From IMG/VR virus record IMGVR_UViG_3300020578_000056: DNA of 20,000 nt; one strand, given 5' to 3'. The notes under the pieces are model-generated. The model worked only from the letters and a program-made list of their open reading frames with translations, made no database searches and was not told the origin of the DNA. Shown in pieces: positions 8,438-17,035 of this stretch. This DNA is from an uncultured virus (IMG/VR IMGVR_UViG_3300020578_000056). Its lineage: Duplodnaviria > Heunggongvirae > Uroviricota > Caudoviricetes. The stretch's first letter is position 1. Each line of letters begins with the position of its first letter. The translations under genes and the position numbers were made by a program.

Positions 8438-9208
8438 ATGAAAACCTCCTTTGCAAAGCCTATTGCAAAAGCAAACCCGAAACCGCAACCCAAACCGGCA
8501 GTCGTCGTCAGCCAGGAAGCGGAAGACACTTCCGCAGAATTGGCTGTGGTTGAAAACAACCAGTCGCTGGCGGTCAGAAGCAATGTGGACGGACAGGTCC
8601 AGGGTGAATTCACCCAGAGGGATCTGACCATTCCAAAGATCAACCTAGTCAACAAGACTGGGGAGCTCTCCAATCAGTTCGCCCCAGGATCATTCCTCTA
8701 CAACCGTGAGGTCGTGGTCGGGGACGGCAAAAAAGGTGCCCCCATCACGCTGACTCGTTTGGCGAAGTTCTACATTCAAGATGTCCCTTATGGTTCTGGG
8801 GAAATTCCCAAGAACTTTGTGAGCTTACGGGATGTGCGGGAAGCGGGTGGTGCTTTGGCGGGAGATATGGATGTCGAGGAAGGTACGGACACTTACTCCG
8901 AAGCCTTGACGGCGATTATCCTAATTAAATCCCCCAGCAAGGCTCACCCCTTGTTCCCCTACGAATTCGCTGGCGATTATTACGCCCTTGCCCAGTGGCT
9001 CTTGACCAAAAGCGCCTATCGGACGACGGGTCGTAAGCTGTTCACCGATTCGCAAATCGCCCTTAGGGATGGGATCGACACGGCGGAATACGAACTGACC
9101 TCGACATTGAGAACCAATAGTCAGGGAAGTTGGTACATCCCCACGGTCAAACTGGCCACCCGGCACACCCCAGAGTTTGTCGAGTTTGTCCGGAACATCC
9201 GAAAGTAA
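8438..9208 (+). CDS. Probable single-stranded DNA-binding / annealing protein
   Basis: Sits in the usual SSB position between DUF2800 and polA; DLTIPKINLV..PGSF and GSWYIP segments resemble phage SSB-like proteins; Lys/Pro-rich N-terminal tail. Confidence 0.5.
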   Translation: MKTSFAKPIAKANPKPQPKPAVVVSQEAEDTSAELAVVENNQSLAVRSNVDGQVQGEFTQRDLTIPKINLVNKTGELSNQFAPGSFLYNREVVVGDGKKGAPITLTRLAKFYIQDVPYGSGEIPKNFVSLRDVREAGGALAGDMDVEEGTDTYSEALTAIILIKSPSKAHPLFPYEFAGDYYALAQWLLTKSAYRTTGRKLFTDSQIALRDGIDTAEYELTSTLRTNSQGSWYIPTVKLATRHTPEFVEFVRNIRK

Positions 9209-9212
9209 GACA

Positions 9213-9593
9213 ATGCAAGTTGCCAACAGCCATAGCGCGCAGGGAGACCCTGCGACGGCTTTTAAAGACAGAATACCTCCGGCCTCATCAACAGCTGTTG
9301 CGCAACTTGACGCTCCTTCTATCCAAGAGGTTGCGGAAACTGCCTGGACCGTGATTCACCGAATTATGGAGAAAGGCAGCGAAAAAAGCACCTTTGGGCA
9401 GTGGTTCCACACCGACAGCCGCAGATACAACGCCGACCGATGCATCAACCATCTGTGTCAGGCGATGATGCAGCTTGACGGAAACCGGCCCCCCAAAGAC
9501 GGAAATAGCGAGGACGCCATCGACCATCTGGAGCGCGCGCTCGTCAGAGCCGCGTTTCTCCTTTTTAAAACCAAGAAAGGCAAAATTGAATGA
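9213..9593 (+). CDS. DUF5664-like (dATP/dGTP diphosphohydrolase N-terminal domain) protein
   Basis: IMEKGSEK..GQW...YNADRCINHL...DGNSEDAIDHLERALVRAAFLL parallels the GAxKY..NW...RHL...D.ESG..HLAHA...FL pattern; divergent. Confidence 0.55.
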   Translation: MQVANSHSAQGDPATAFKDRIPPASSTAVAQLDAPSIQEVAETAWTVIHRIMEKGSEKSTFGQWFHTDSRRYNADRCINHLCQAMMQLDGNRPPKDGNSEDAIDHLERALVRAAFLLFKTKKGKIE

Positions 9594-9877
9594 AACAACC
9601 AAAGAAGAAACCATCACGGATTGGGATCAAGGTGGGGATGGACAAAGCCATCCTACCCTATGCTCGAAAAGCCAGAAACGATTTAGGAGTCATCGTGTTC
9701 AAGGGCAGCCGCCCTATCGACATGGTCGAGGTCGCCTTTGAAACCGACGACATTACATTTGCAAAGGTGGCGGGGATAGGGGAAGACCTCATCAAAGACG
9801 ACAAGCACAAGCTTTTTGGATACGCCATAACCCGCGCCTTGGAGGAAGTCATCGCCGAGGAGAAAAATAAAAAATGA
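9590..9877 (+). CDS. Hypothetical protein
   Basis: 95 aa; ATGA-coupled at both ends. Confidence 0.7.
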   Translation: MKQPKKKPSRIGIKVGMDKAILPYARKARNDLGVIVFKGSRPIDMVEVAFETDDITFAKVAGIGEDLIKDDKHKLFGYAITRALEEVIAEEKNKK

Positions 9878-10047
9878 TCGAAGGGCTGAGCATGAAGGCG
9901 TTTGTCTGGTTGGCGACACGCTGGTTTCCCCACCTCACCTTCTCAACCGATCCAGAAACTGGGTCGGTCGTCACGATGGTCTTTTCCGCAAGGGAAGAAA
10001 CCGTGGACAAGGTAATGTCGTGGATGGTGGAGCAAGACCTCCTATGA
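9874..10047 (+). CDS. Hypothetical protein, 57 aa (not in ORF track)
   Basis: MIEGLSMKAFVWLATRWFPHL...VEQDLL*; fills the gap exactly, with ATGA overlaps on both sides. Confidence 0.65.
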   Translation: MIEGLSMKAFVWLATRWFPHLTFSTDPETGSVVTMVFSAREETVDKVMSWMVEQDLL

Positions 10048-10301
10048 GCGAGAGGGAAATCAACCGACTCCGGGACTTCTACCACGGACTGACGGACGAA
10101 CTGGAAAAGTGTCGGAAATACGTCTTTGACACCCAATCACGAATGGAGGGTTTGATCCACCTATGCCAGGACCACCTGACCATCTTGGCGGAACTGGAGC
10201 AAAGCAACGCAGACTTACGGAAGGAAAATCGAAACCTAAAGCAAAAAATCAATGAAACCTTTAAGGAGGACGATCAATGCAAACATTTATCCTTGGTCTG
10301 A
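10044..10301 (+). CDS. Hypothetical coiled-coil protein
   Basis: Start ATG 10044 (ATGA overlap); heptad pattern LAELEQSNADLRKENRNLKQKI. Confidence 0.65.
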   Translation: MSEREINRLRDFYHGLTDELEKCRKYVFDTQSRMEGLIHLCQDHLTILAELEQSNADLRKENRNLKQKINETFKEDDQCKHLSLV

Positions 10302-10507
10302 TTCTGGGATGGATCGGCCACTACAGCTGGGTCTGGCTACGACACCGAACCGTATTCCAAACCACCAGTTACACAACGAATTCAGGGAAGACATCCTACG
10401 TCTCGTACACCTGGCCGAAAAATCTGAGGCTTCCCATCAACAAGTGGATCTTCAAAAAAGCCGAGGAGGTGTATGTCGGCAAAAAGCGGGGAGGGCGCAA
10501 AAAATGA
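10277..10507 (+). CDS. Small membrane-anchored hypothetical protein
   Basis: Hydrophobic N-terminus FILGLILGWIGHYSWVWL; AAGGAGG upstream. Confidence 0.6.
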   Translation: MQTFILGLILGWIGHYSWVWLRHRTVFQTTSYTTNSGKTSYVSYTWPKNLRLPINKWIFKKAEEVYVGKKRGGRKK

Positions 10508-10623
10508 TGGAGGCGGTCAAATATGTACTTTTTGCGGCTGGATTTGTTTCGATGACGATGCTCGTGGTCTTTATTGCGTGTTTTGTGGCTTGGTTGTTTG
10601 AGAAATGGAGGAACGAAAAATGA
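10504..10623 (+). CDS. Single-pass membrane peptide, 39 aa
   Basis: MMEAVKYVLFAAGFVSMTMLVVFIACFVAWLFEKWRNEK; ATGA overlaps on both sides. Confidence 0.6.
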   Translation: MMEAVKYVLFAAGFVSMTMLVVFIACFVAWLFEKWRNEK

Positions 10624-10841
10624 CCCAACAACAGAAGGAAGAAGTCAAAATCTGCAACGAGATCCGCATGGCGAGGCTGGAAAAAGCCATCGAAACCATT
10701 GAGGCCGAGAACTACGGCCTAAAACAACGGATCAAGGAGCTGGAACACGAAATAAGATTTGCCACCCCAACTTTTGCTCAGCCAGTTGAAGTGATTGGCG
10801 AATGGTACACCACAACCTCCAACAAAGAAAAGGATAGTTAA
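10620..10841 (+). CDS. Hypothetical coiled-coil protein
   Basis: Start ATG 10620 with GGAGG upstream; LEKAIETIEAENYGLKQRIKELE. Confidence 0.65.
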   Translation: MTQQQKEEVKICNEIRMARLEKAIETIEAENYGLKQRIKELEHEIRFATPTFAQPVEVIGEWYTTTSNKEKDS

Positions 10842-10844
10842 ACT

Positions 10845-11066
10845 ATGAGCGTAGATATCAGATTTAGGGTCACGGAAGACCAAGAAGAAAAAAATATCAA
10901 GATTGAGGGCTTTATCGACCGAGAAAAGGAAACCGATTCCGAACTCGCCGTGGGTAGAAAACTTTACCAGCAGATTATGTATGTCCTCGACAAGACCCTT
11001 CCCCCGGAAACCGACAAAAAGGAAGAAGGCGGTACCGAAGAGGAAAGCAAAATCATCGTCCCATAG
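10845..11066 (+). CDS. Hypothetical acidic protein
   Basis: 73 aa, tightly packed in the operon immediately before polA. Confidence 0.65.
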   Translation: MSVDIRFRVTEDQEEKNIKIEGFIDREKETDSELAVGRKLYQQIMYVLDKTLPPETDKKEEGGTEEESKIIVP

Positions 11067-11068
11067 TC

Positions 11069-12826
11069 ATGGTTGCGATTGATTTTGAGACGACATACTC
11101 AAGCGATGTCAACATAGACGCGCTTGGGCAATGGCGATATTTGCGTCACCCGTCAACGGACATCTATATGGTGTCGGTTGTTGGGGAGGGCTTGGAGTAT
11201 GTCGGGGACCCCAAAAACGCTCCGTGGGACAAAATCGACGGCCAGCACTGGGTCGCCCACAACTACTCCTTTGACGGCGCGGTGATGCAGGTTCTGCGGG
11301 AACGTGGAGTCACCCAAGCCAAGCCGTCCACCTTCACCTGCACCGCCAATCTTAGCGTCTTTATAGGGGCTCCTAGAAGTCTCGGTAACGCCTCTAGGGA
11401 ATTGCTTGGGGTCACCGTCGACAAAGACCCTAGGGCCTTCATGAAGGGCAAGACCTGGAACGATGTGGTGGCGTTAGGCAAATCCAAGGAGATCGAGGAG
11501 TACGCCCTCAATGATTCCCGTCACTGCCTGGATCTTGCCCAAACCTTCCTTCACCGCATGCCGGAAAACGAACAACGCTTGTCCCGGCAGACAATCGAAA
11601 TGGGCTGGCGTGGCTTTGCGATCAACAGCGAGCTGGTGGACAAGGGTCTGAACACTTTGGATTGGGTAAGAATCAAGGCCAACGAAAGCCTCCCCTGGGC
11701 AACCGAAAATCACACCGGGGACGTCCTAAAGGTAAATGAACTTGCACGAGCCTGCCGAGAAGCTGGAATTCCAGTACCCCCATCAACTTCCGAAGACGAC
11801 CCGGCATGTGTAAGATGGGAGGAGGAATTCGGTGGGAAATTCCCATGGGTGGCGGCGATGCGTGACTGGCGCAAGTCCAACATGCTGTTTGCAAAAATGA
11901 AAATTATGTCGGAGAGAAAGAGGGATGATGGGACGGTCCCCTTCGGTCTTAAGTATTTCGGGGCTCAAACTGGAAGATGGTCGGGGGAAGCCAAGTTCAA
12001 TTTCCAAAATCTGCCCAAGGGTGAAATACACGGGGTCGATCTTAGGGCATGTATTGTACCCAGACTGGGCAAGAAATTCATCATCTCCGATCTGGCTCAA
12101 ATTGAGCCTAGGGTTCTGGCCTGGTTAGCTGGAGACGAGGATCTCCTTAACGCGGTGCGTCATGGCTACGGAATTTACGAGGCATTTGCCGTTGCTTCGG
12201 GGATCTGGAAAGGCAATAAAGGTACACTCAAAAAGGGAGATCCAGAAAAATACGCCCTAGCCAAAGCGCAGGTACTTGGCCTTGGGTACGGATGCGGCTC
12301 CAAGAAGTTCGTTCTGGTAGCTAAACTGATGGCTGGTCTTGACCTTGATGAGTTAAGATCAAAAGAAATCGTCGACAGGTACCGGCGTAAAAACACCAAA
12401 GTGGTGTCGTTATGGAACCGTTTGGAAAGGACGTTCAGAGAGTCGCAGGGAGAAGACTGCCAGGTCGAACTCCCCTCTGGTCGCAGCCAGAAATACTTTG
12501 GGATTTCCAGCCAGATGGGAGCGCATGGCCGGCCGGACTGGCGGGCATCGGTCAACATGGGCGGGCCCAAGTTTCCGTTCTGGGGCGGAAAGCTTTGCGA
12601 AAATTTAGTCCAGGCAACGGCAAGAGATGTCTTTGGGGAATGTCTCCTGCGTCTTGAGGATGCCGGCCTGAACATTCTCGCCCACATTCACGACGAGGTG
12701 ATTCTGGAAGTCGACCAAGATGTTTCAGTGGCTGACGTAAACCACCTAATGGCGGTAACCCCAGACTGGCTCGAGGGTTGCCCCATTGAAGCAGAGAGCC
12801 AAGAAGCGGAGTGCTACAAAAAATGA
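11069..12826 (+). CDS. polA: Phage family A DNA polymerase with 3'-5' exonuclease domain
   Basis: ExoI AIDFET, ExoII AHNYSFD, ExoIII YALND; TGRWSG, motif A SDLAQIEPR, motif B KAQVLGLGYG, ENLVQATARD, motif C HIHDEV. Confidence 0.95.
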   Translation: MVAIDFETTYSSDVNIDALGQWRYLRHPSTDIYMVSVVGEGLEYVGDPKNAPWDKIDGQHWVAHNYSFDGAVMQVLRERGVTQAKPSTFTCTANLSVFIGAPRSLGNASRELLGVTVDKDPRAFMKGKTWNDVVALGKSKEIEEYALNDSRHCLDLAQTFLHRMPENEQRLSRQTIEMGWRGFAINSELVDKGLNTLDWVRIKANESLPWATENHTGDVLKVNELARACREAGIPVPPSTSEDDPACVRWEEEFGGKFPWVAAMRDWRKSNMLFAKMKIMSERKRDDGTVPFGLKYFGAQTGRWSGEAKFNFQNLPKGEIHGVDLRACIVPRLGKKFIISDLAQIEPRVLAWLAGDEDLLNAVRHGYGIYEAFAVASGIWKGNKGTLKKGDPEKYALAKAQVLGLGYGCGSKKFVLVAKLMAGLDLDELRSKEIVDRYRRKNTKVVSLWNRLERTFRESQGEDCQVELPSGRSQKYFGISSQMGAHGRPDWRASVNMGGPKFPFWGGKLCENLVQATARDVFGECLLRLEDAGLNILAHIHDEVILEVDQDVSVADVNHLMAVTPDWLEGCPIEAESQEAECYKK

Positions 12827-13479
12827 ATCAAAAAGAACAAGAACAAAACAACACACGGCAGATTCTGCCGCTATTCGCCTGTCCGGTTTATCTTGCGGAG
12901 CTAGGGGAACCAGCTCAAAAGACTTTAGATTTCTGCAAAAATTCGGAATACGAAAGATACGACGCCGACAATGGGTGGGTTTCGAAAAGCAAATATGTTC
13001 TTGAAGCCGAGCCACTATCAGAGGCGAGAGCCGTCATCTTGCGGGAACTCAACACGTTTCTCTACGAAATTCTTGCCCTTGAAAAAGACAAGACCTTTTA
13101 CATTGCGAACTCGTGGATTCAGAAAATAAGCACAGGGGATTGGACACATGCCCACGCGCACGGAAACTCCATAATCTCCGGTGTGTATTACACAACTGTA
13201 TATGAAGACAGCGGAGACTTTTACTTTGAAAAATCTTTCGATAAATGGAATCTGTTCCCCACCTTTCTAACCTTTCAGTTTGCGTCAAAGAACCTGCTGA
13301 ACTGCTCAAATTGGGGAATCCGACCCAAAAACGGGACATTGGTGCTCTTCCCTTCACACACGAGCCACTACGCAGAAATCAACAAAAACAAAAATGACCG
13401 ATACTGCATTGCTTTTAACACCTATGTAAGGGGGGTTTTCGGGGATCGCGGCGGGGTTAGCGACTTGGTCATCAGATGA
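12823..13479 (+). CDS. Putative 2OG-Fe(II) oxygenase (TIGR02466 / 2OG-FeII_Oxy_5-like)
   Basis: SW..., HAHAHGNSIISGVYY, PKNGTLVLFPSHTSH and DRYCIAFN motifs; ATGA-coupled to polA. Confidence 0.85.
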   Translation: MNQKEQEQNNTRQILPLFACPVYLAELGEPAQKTLDFCKNSEYERYDADNGWVSKSKYVLEAEPLSEARAVILRELNTFLYEILALEKDKTFYIANSWIQKISTGDWTHAHAHGNSIISGVYYTTVYEDSGDFYFEKSFDKWNLFPTFLTFQFASKNLLNCSNWGIRPKNGTLVLFPSHTSHYAEINKNKNDRYCIAFNTYVRGVFGDRGGVSDLVIR

Positions 13480-13670
13480 AACCTAGGCCTCATTTCAACC
13501 CGACGTTTGGAAGATGGAAAACCGCACCGTATGGGAGACCCCGGAATGAAAGAACCGCAATGGAAAAAATGTCTGAAGTGTGGAAAGCGGTGTTCCGCCG
13601 ACTCTCTTCTCTGCGACCTCTGCGACAAAAACCCCACAAAACTAAAAAAGCTAAGAGCCAAAAGGAGTAA
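13476..13670 (+). CDS. Small basic hypothetical protein
   Basis: 64 aa, Lys/Arg-rich, ATGA overlap, fills the operon gap. Confidence 0.5.
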   Translation: MKPRPHFNPTFGRWKTAPYGRPRNERTAMEKMSEVWKAVFRRLSSLRPLRQKPHKTKKAKSQKE

Positions 13671-13673
13671 GAA

Positions 13674-13952
13674 ATGAAATTATTATCAGATAACTTTGAA
13701 GGACACACCCGCGAACTCAAGGTCTACAATGGCAGGGTCAAGGTGTACGTGGACGGGATTGTGATGTTCACGTTTAACCAAATCGATTTTAAAGGGTGGT
13801 ACGCGTACAAGGACGACCATTCCCTATACGGAATCGACATCTACTTGGTCGAAAGCAGCGGTGGCTCGGGCGGCTCAACCACCATGGAGATCTACTTTAA
13901 GACCAAGGAAAATTGGCTAGGGGTTCTGGAGCTTCTGGACAAATACCTTTGA
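13674..13952 (+). CDS. Hypothetical protein
   Basis: 92 aa, AAGGAG RBS, globular beta-rich composition. Confidence 0.7.
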   Translation: MKLLSDNFEGHTRELKVYNGRVKVYVDGIVMFTFNQIDFKGWYAYKDDHSLYGIDIYLVESSGGSGGSTTMEIYFKTKENWLGVLELLDKYL

Positions 13953-13970
13953 CCCGACCGAAAGGACGAT

Positions 13971-16109
13971 GTGAAAACGACGCTATTCAAAATACCCAAC
14001 CTCAGATCCCGAACGGTGGAGGCCATCCTCCCGTGGGAAATGAAAGTCAGCATCCCGTCATTTGGAGCCAAGGAAGACTTCCGACGCTGGTGCGAATCAG
14101 ACACAACCGACTCCGTCTTTGTTTCGGCGTTTGAGGGGGTCAACCCCCATGTCCGAGTCAGCAAAAACAACGGCCCCTACAAAATGCACGGGCTGATCGT
14201 CGATTACGACACAACGGGCTTAACCAACGAGCAAATCGTGGAGGGTCTGACCAGAAGCAAGCCGGGCTTTAAGCCGATGTACGCCCACAAGACTTTCAGC
14301 GCAGGAGCAAGGGTGATCTGGATGTTCGAGGAGCCTGTCTTTGTGTTTCAGGGGGTGCTCAAGGAGTTTATGGGGCTGTTGCTTAAGGAAACCAAGGCCA
14401 ACTCCATTTTTCCGGGAATGGACTCCGTCGTCCACAAACCCGACCAATATTACGCCTGGTTCCCCGAGGTGGTGAAGTTTGCCGACCAACCCATCCGTTT
14501 GGAAGCCGTCCACTCCATCCTTTCGGAAGCCGTTCATCGGGCAAAAAAATACAATGGCGAGGGAGCGGTTGAGGTTCCCCTAGACAGGGTCTTCCAAAAG
14601 GTTCAGGAGATGTATCCGGGTCGGTGGACGGGTGCGTTTGAAGAAGGGATGCGGGGACCGCTTTTCTGGATTGACGACAACATTGACCGACTTGGCGCGC
14701 AGGTCACCAAGACTGGGATGATTTCATATTCCACCAGAAGTCCAAAAGGCTTTATGAGCTGGGCCGACCTATTGGGAGCCGGCTGGGTTCGGGAGTACCA
14801 GGAAGATCGATTTGGCGGGGCGATGCAGGCTTTTTGGTTTGATGGGAAATTCTATTGGAGAAAAGATCTGGAGGGTTATTGGAGAAACTCTGGAAAAGAC
14901 GACACCCGCCACGACATTGTGGGGTCTTTTAGCCTCTCCAACTCCCCGGATTCACGGGGTCGGCTGTCCGAGGCCGACGAGGCAATGAGAAGGATTCGGG
15001 AGGGGCGAATTGTCCAGGGCGCCCTCCCTGCCCTTTTTGACCCTAGAGACATTACCATTCAAGACGGAAAGCGGATGCTCAACATCTCAAGGACAAAGGT
15101 GTTGGCGCCTGCGGAAGGAAAACACGAATGGGGTCAGGACTTTCCTTGGTTGGCCAAGTTCTTCGACACGGCTCTGGAACCTCACGAATCTCTCCCCTAC
15201 TTGATGGGCTGGCTCAAGCATTTCTACTGCTCGGGTCTTCGTGGGAACCTAATGCCCGGACAAGCGGTGTTTGTCGCCGGCAATGTCGGGTTGGGTAAAA
15301 CCTTTTTTGGAACGGAGATTGTGGCCAGACTGATGGGGGGTGGAGCCAACGCTTCCGACTACCTCGTCCACGGCTCCCAATTCAACGCCGAGCTTTTTGA
15401 GGTTGCCGTCTGGAATGTCGACGACGCTTCCAGCGCCGATTCCGCTGAAGCCCATCGCCACTACAGTCGCATGATCAAGCAGGGGGTGGCCAATACTCGC
15501 CACGCTTACCACCGAAAGTTTATGGATCAGGTCACCCTCGATTGGCGTGGCCGGATCATCCAAACCCTTAACGACGACCCCGAATCCGTCCAGGCCGTCC
15601 CCCACACCGACGGAAGCATTTTGGACAAGATCAGCCTCTTTAAATTCAAAGCTCACGGGATGTTTGATAGTATCAAAAGGCAGGACATCCCGGCTATGCT
15701 TGCGACAGAACTCCCTGCTTTTGCGGCTTGGCTTAGGGATTGGGAGATTCCGGAGCATGTGGTGGGTGAAGAACGCTACGGTGTCAAATCCTACCACCAC
15801 CCGATGCTATTGGCGGAATCCAAGGCCTCGTCACGGGTGCACAGCTTCCAGGAATTCTTGGACGAGTTTCTGATGCAATACAAACAGGATCATCCCGAGG
15901 AAACCCTCTGGAAGGGATCGGCCATCAAGCTTCTATTGGCCTTTCAGAACGACGCCAAGCTGTCCAGCACCATGAAGATGTTCATCCCTAACTCCCAGGC
16001 ACTAGGGAGAATGCTAGCCAGCTTATCCGTGCTCAAGGGGTCTAGGGTCAAGAGACTGCTCCTCTTGGATGGTATCACCCAGTGGCAGATTGGTTTGCCT
16101 GAAGTTTAG
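13971..16109 (+). CDS. Primase-helicase: N-terminal AEP-like primase region and C-terminal DUF5906/SF3-like NTPase
   Basis: GLIVDYD and TFSAGARVIW in the N-terminus; Walker A GNVGLGKT, Walker B WNVDD and motif C QTLN in the C-terminus; last gene of the replication operon. Confidence 0.75.
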   Translation: MKTTLFKIPNLRSRTVEAILPWEMKVSIPSFGAKEDFRRWCESDTTDSVFVSAFEGVNPHVRVSKNNGPYKMHGLIVDYDTTGLTNEQIVEGLTRSKPGFKPMYAHKTFSAGARVIWMFEEPVFVFQGVLKEFMGLLLKETKANSIFPGMDSVVHKPDQYYAWFPEVVKFADQPIRLEAVHSILSEAVHRAKKYNGEGAVEVPLDRVFQKVQEMYPGRWTGAFEEGMRGPLFWIDDNIDRLGAQVTKTGMISYSTRSPKGFMSWADLLGAGWVREYQEDRFGGAMQAFWFDGKFYWRKDLEGYWRNSGKDDTRHDIVGSFSLSNSPDSRGRLSEADEAMRRIREGRIVQGALPALFDPRDITIQDGKRMLNISRTKVLAPAEGKHEWGQDFPWLAKFFDTALEPHESLPYLMGWLKHFYCSGLRGNLMPGQAVFVAGNVGLGKTFFGTEIVARLMGGGANASDYLVHGSQFNAELFEVAVWNVDDASSADSAEAHRHYSRMIKQGVANTRHAYHRKFMDQVTLDWRGRIIQTLNDDPESVQAVPHTDGSILDKISLFKFKAHGMFDSIKRQDIPAMLATELPAFAAWLRDWEIPEHVVGEERYGVKSYHHPMLLAESKASSRVHSFQEFLDEFLMQYKQDHPEETLWKGSAIKLLLAFQNDAKLSSTMKMFIPNSQALGRMLASLSVLKGSRVKRLLLLDGITQWQIGLPEV

Positions 16110-16111
16110 AA

Positions 16112-16381
16112 ATATCCCTTAAGGGATATGCCACTACAGTTTTGAATCCCACTAGGGCCTAAAACCCTCAACCTTAGACCTTTGCACTTAAAAAAGTGGT
16201 CAAGGGTGGATCGGGAACCCGAAACAAACCCTTATCTATATACTATACACAAAATAATCGTGGGGGCGTTTCCAGCGCCTCCGATATAACCAATATATAA
16301 TACACTTAATACACTTTTAGTATATAAGTATATATAGTATAATGGTTTATGGGGAGTGGGTTTGACAAGTGGGAGTGGGTT
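16112..16381. promoter_or_regulatory. Candidate phage replication origin
   Basis: Non-coding; 18-bp palindrome ATATCCCTTAAGGGATAT; CCACT/AGTGG repeats around a TA-rich core; directly after the primase-helicase. Confidence 0.5.
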
Positions 16382-16413
16382 ACCGATTGGGCGATGCACA
16401 TTGTTTGCATAGC

Positions 16414-16602
16414 TTACTTCCTGCCTTTTAACTGCTTAGGGTTTTTATGGGGCTTAAGTAGCTTACGCACTTGCCTTCTAACCTCCCCCGATAGCTCCTT
16501 AAAGATGCCAGCTACAGCCATTGCCCCTAGGGTGGCCGCTAAGAGTGTTAGGATCGTCCCAAACCCCGATATTGCGGCGCAGATTGTCGGGTCCTGCATC
16601 AT
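16414..16602 (-). CDS. Small membrane protein with basic C-terminal tail (holin-like organisation, unproven)
   Basis: Long hydrophobic stretch followed by a Lys/Arg-rich tail; ATGA-coupled to the upstream ORF. Confidence 0.55.
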   Translation of the reverse strand: MMQDPTICAAISGFGTILTLLAATLGAMAVAGIFKELSGEVRRQVRKLLKPHKNPKQLKGRK

Positions 16603-16748
16603 GTCTCGTCAAGGTCATCGAGTCGGTCGTCAATCTTGTTACCGTTTTGATCGATGAAGTTAAGGGGATCCCGGGCAAAGACCTGGTGAGCGTCCAGGAA
16701 TTGTTCGACTACAAACTGCTCCTCCAACTTTTTTTGGTGATTGTCCAT
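16599..16748 (-). CDS. Small acidic hypothetical protein, 49 aa
   Basis: MDNHQKKLEEQF...DDLDET; preceded by TTGACA-N15-CAGACT-N6-ATG. Confidence 0.55.
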   Translation of the reverse strand: MDNHQKKLEEQFVVEQFLDAHQVFARDPLNFIDQNGNKIDDRLDDLDET

Positions 16749-16801
16749 CACGCCAGTCTGAAAAGGACTGCGGAGTGTCAATCCCTCGGGGGCGATTTAT
16801 T

Positions 16802-17035
16802 TTATCTTTTTCCGCCTAGCCCGGTTCTTTCCCACGAAATCCGTTTGGAACTTTTCTTTTTGCGGGCAGCCGAGTTGCACATAGCCTTGGTGGGGCGGAG
16901 GCCCGGGTAGCTTCCTCCGGAGTCGGCTGACTTCCTGCCACACGGTCCACCGGTTTTGCAGTTGATCCAGCCTTTGCCGTTGTTTCGACTGAACCATCCG
17001 TGCAGGCCTTTTTTCTTCTCGAGCTCGAAGCCCAT
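16802..17035 (-). CDS. Small basic Cys-containing viral protein (GLxxWF...GW...TGGPCGR...YP..RP type)
   Basis: Motif recalled from cyanophage and large-virus hypothetical proteins; TGATG coupling to the upstream gene. Confidence 0.7.
   Translation of the reverse strand: MGFELEKKKGLHGWFSRNNGKGWINCKTGGPCGRKSADSGGSYPGLRPTKAMCNSAARKKKSSKRISWERTGLGGKR

Noticed and set aside
9213..12826. 2-aminoadenine (Z) genome pathway
   Set aside because: No PurZ or DatZ-like HD hydrolase in the window, and a DUF5664-like gene alone is insufficient
16895..16909. YPGLRP where I would expect YPACRP; DNA looks like a compensated +G/-G shift
   Set aside because: The frame is preserved and this cannot be distinguished from a sequencing artefact without reads
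16349..16910. Plus-strand ORFs 16349..16657 and 16521..16910, the latter translated MPLGW
   Set aside because: Antisense to coupled minus-strand genes; the MPLG start is a TTG in a shadow frame, so it was not counted as a third tag
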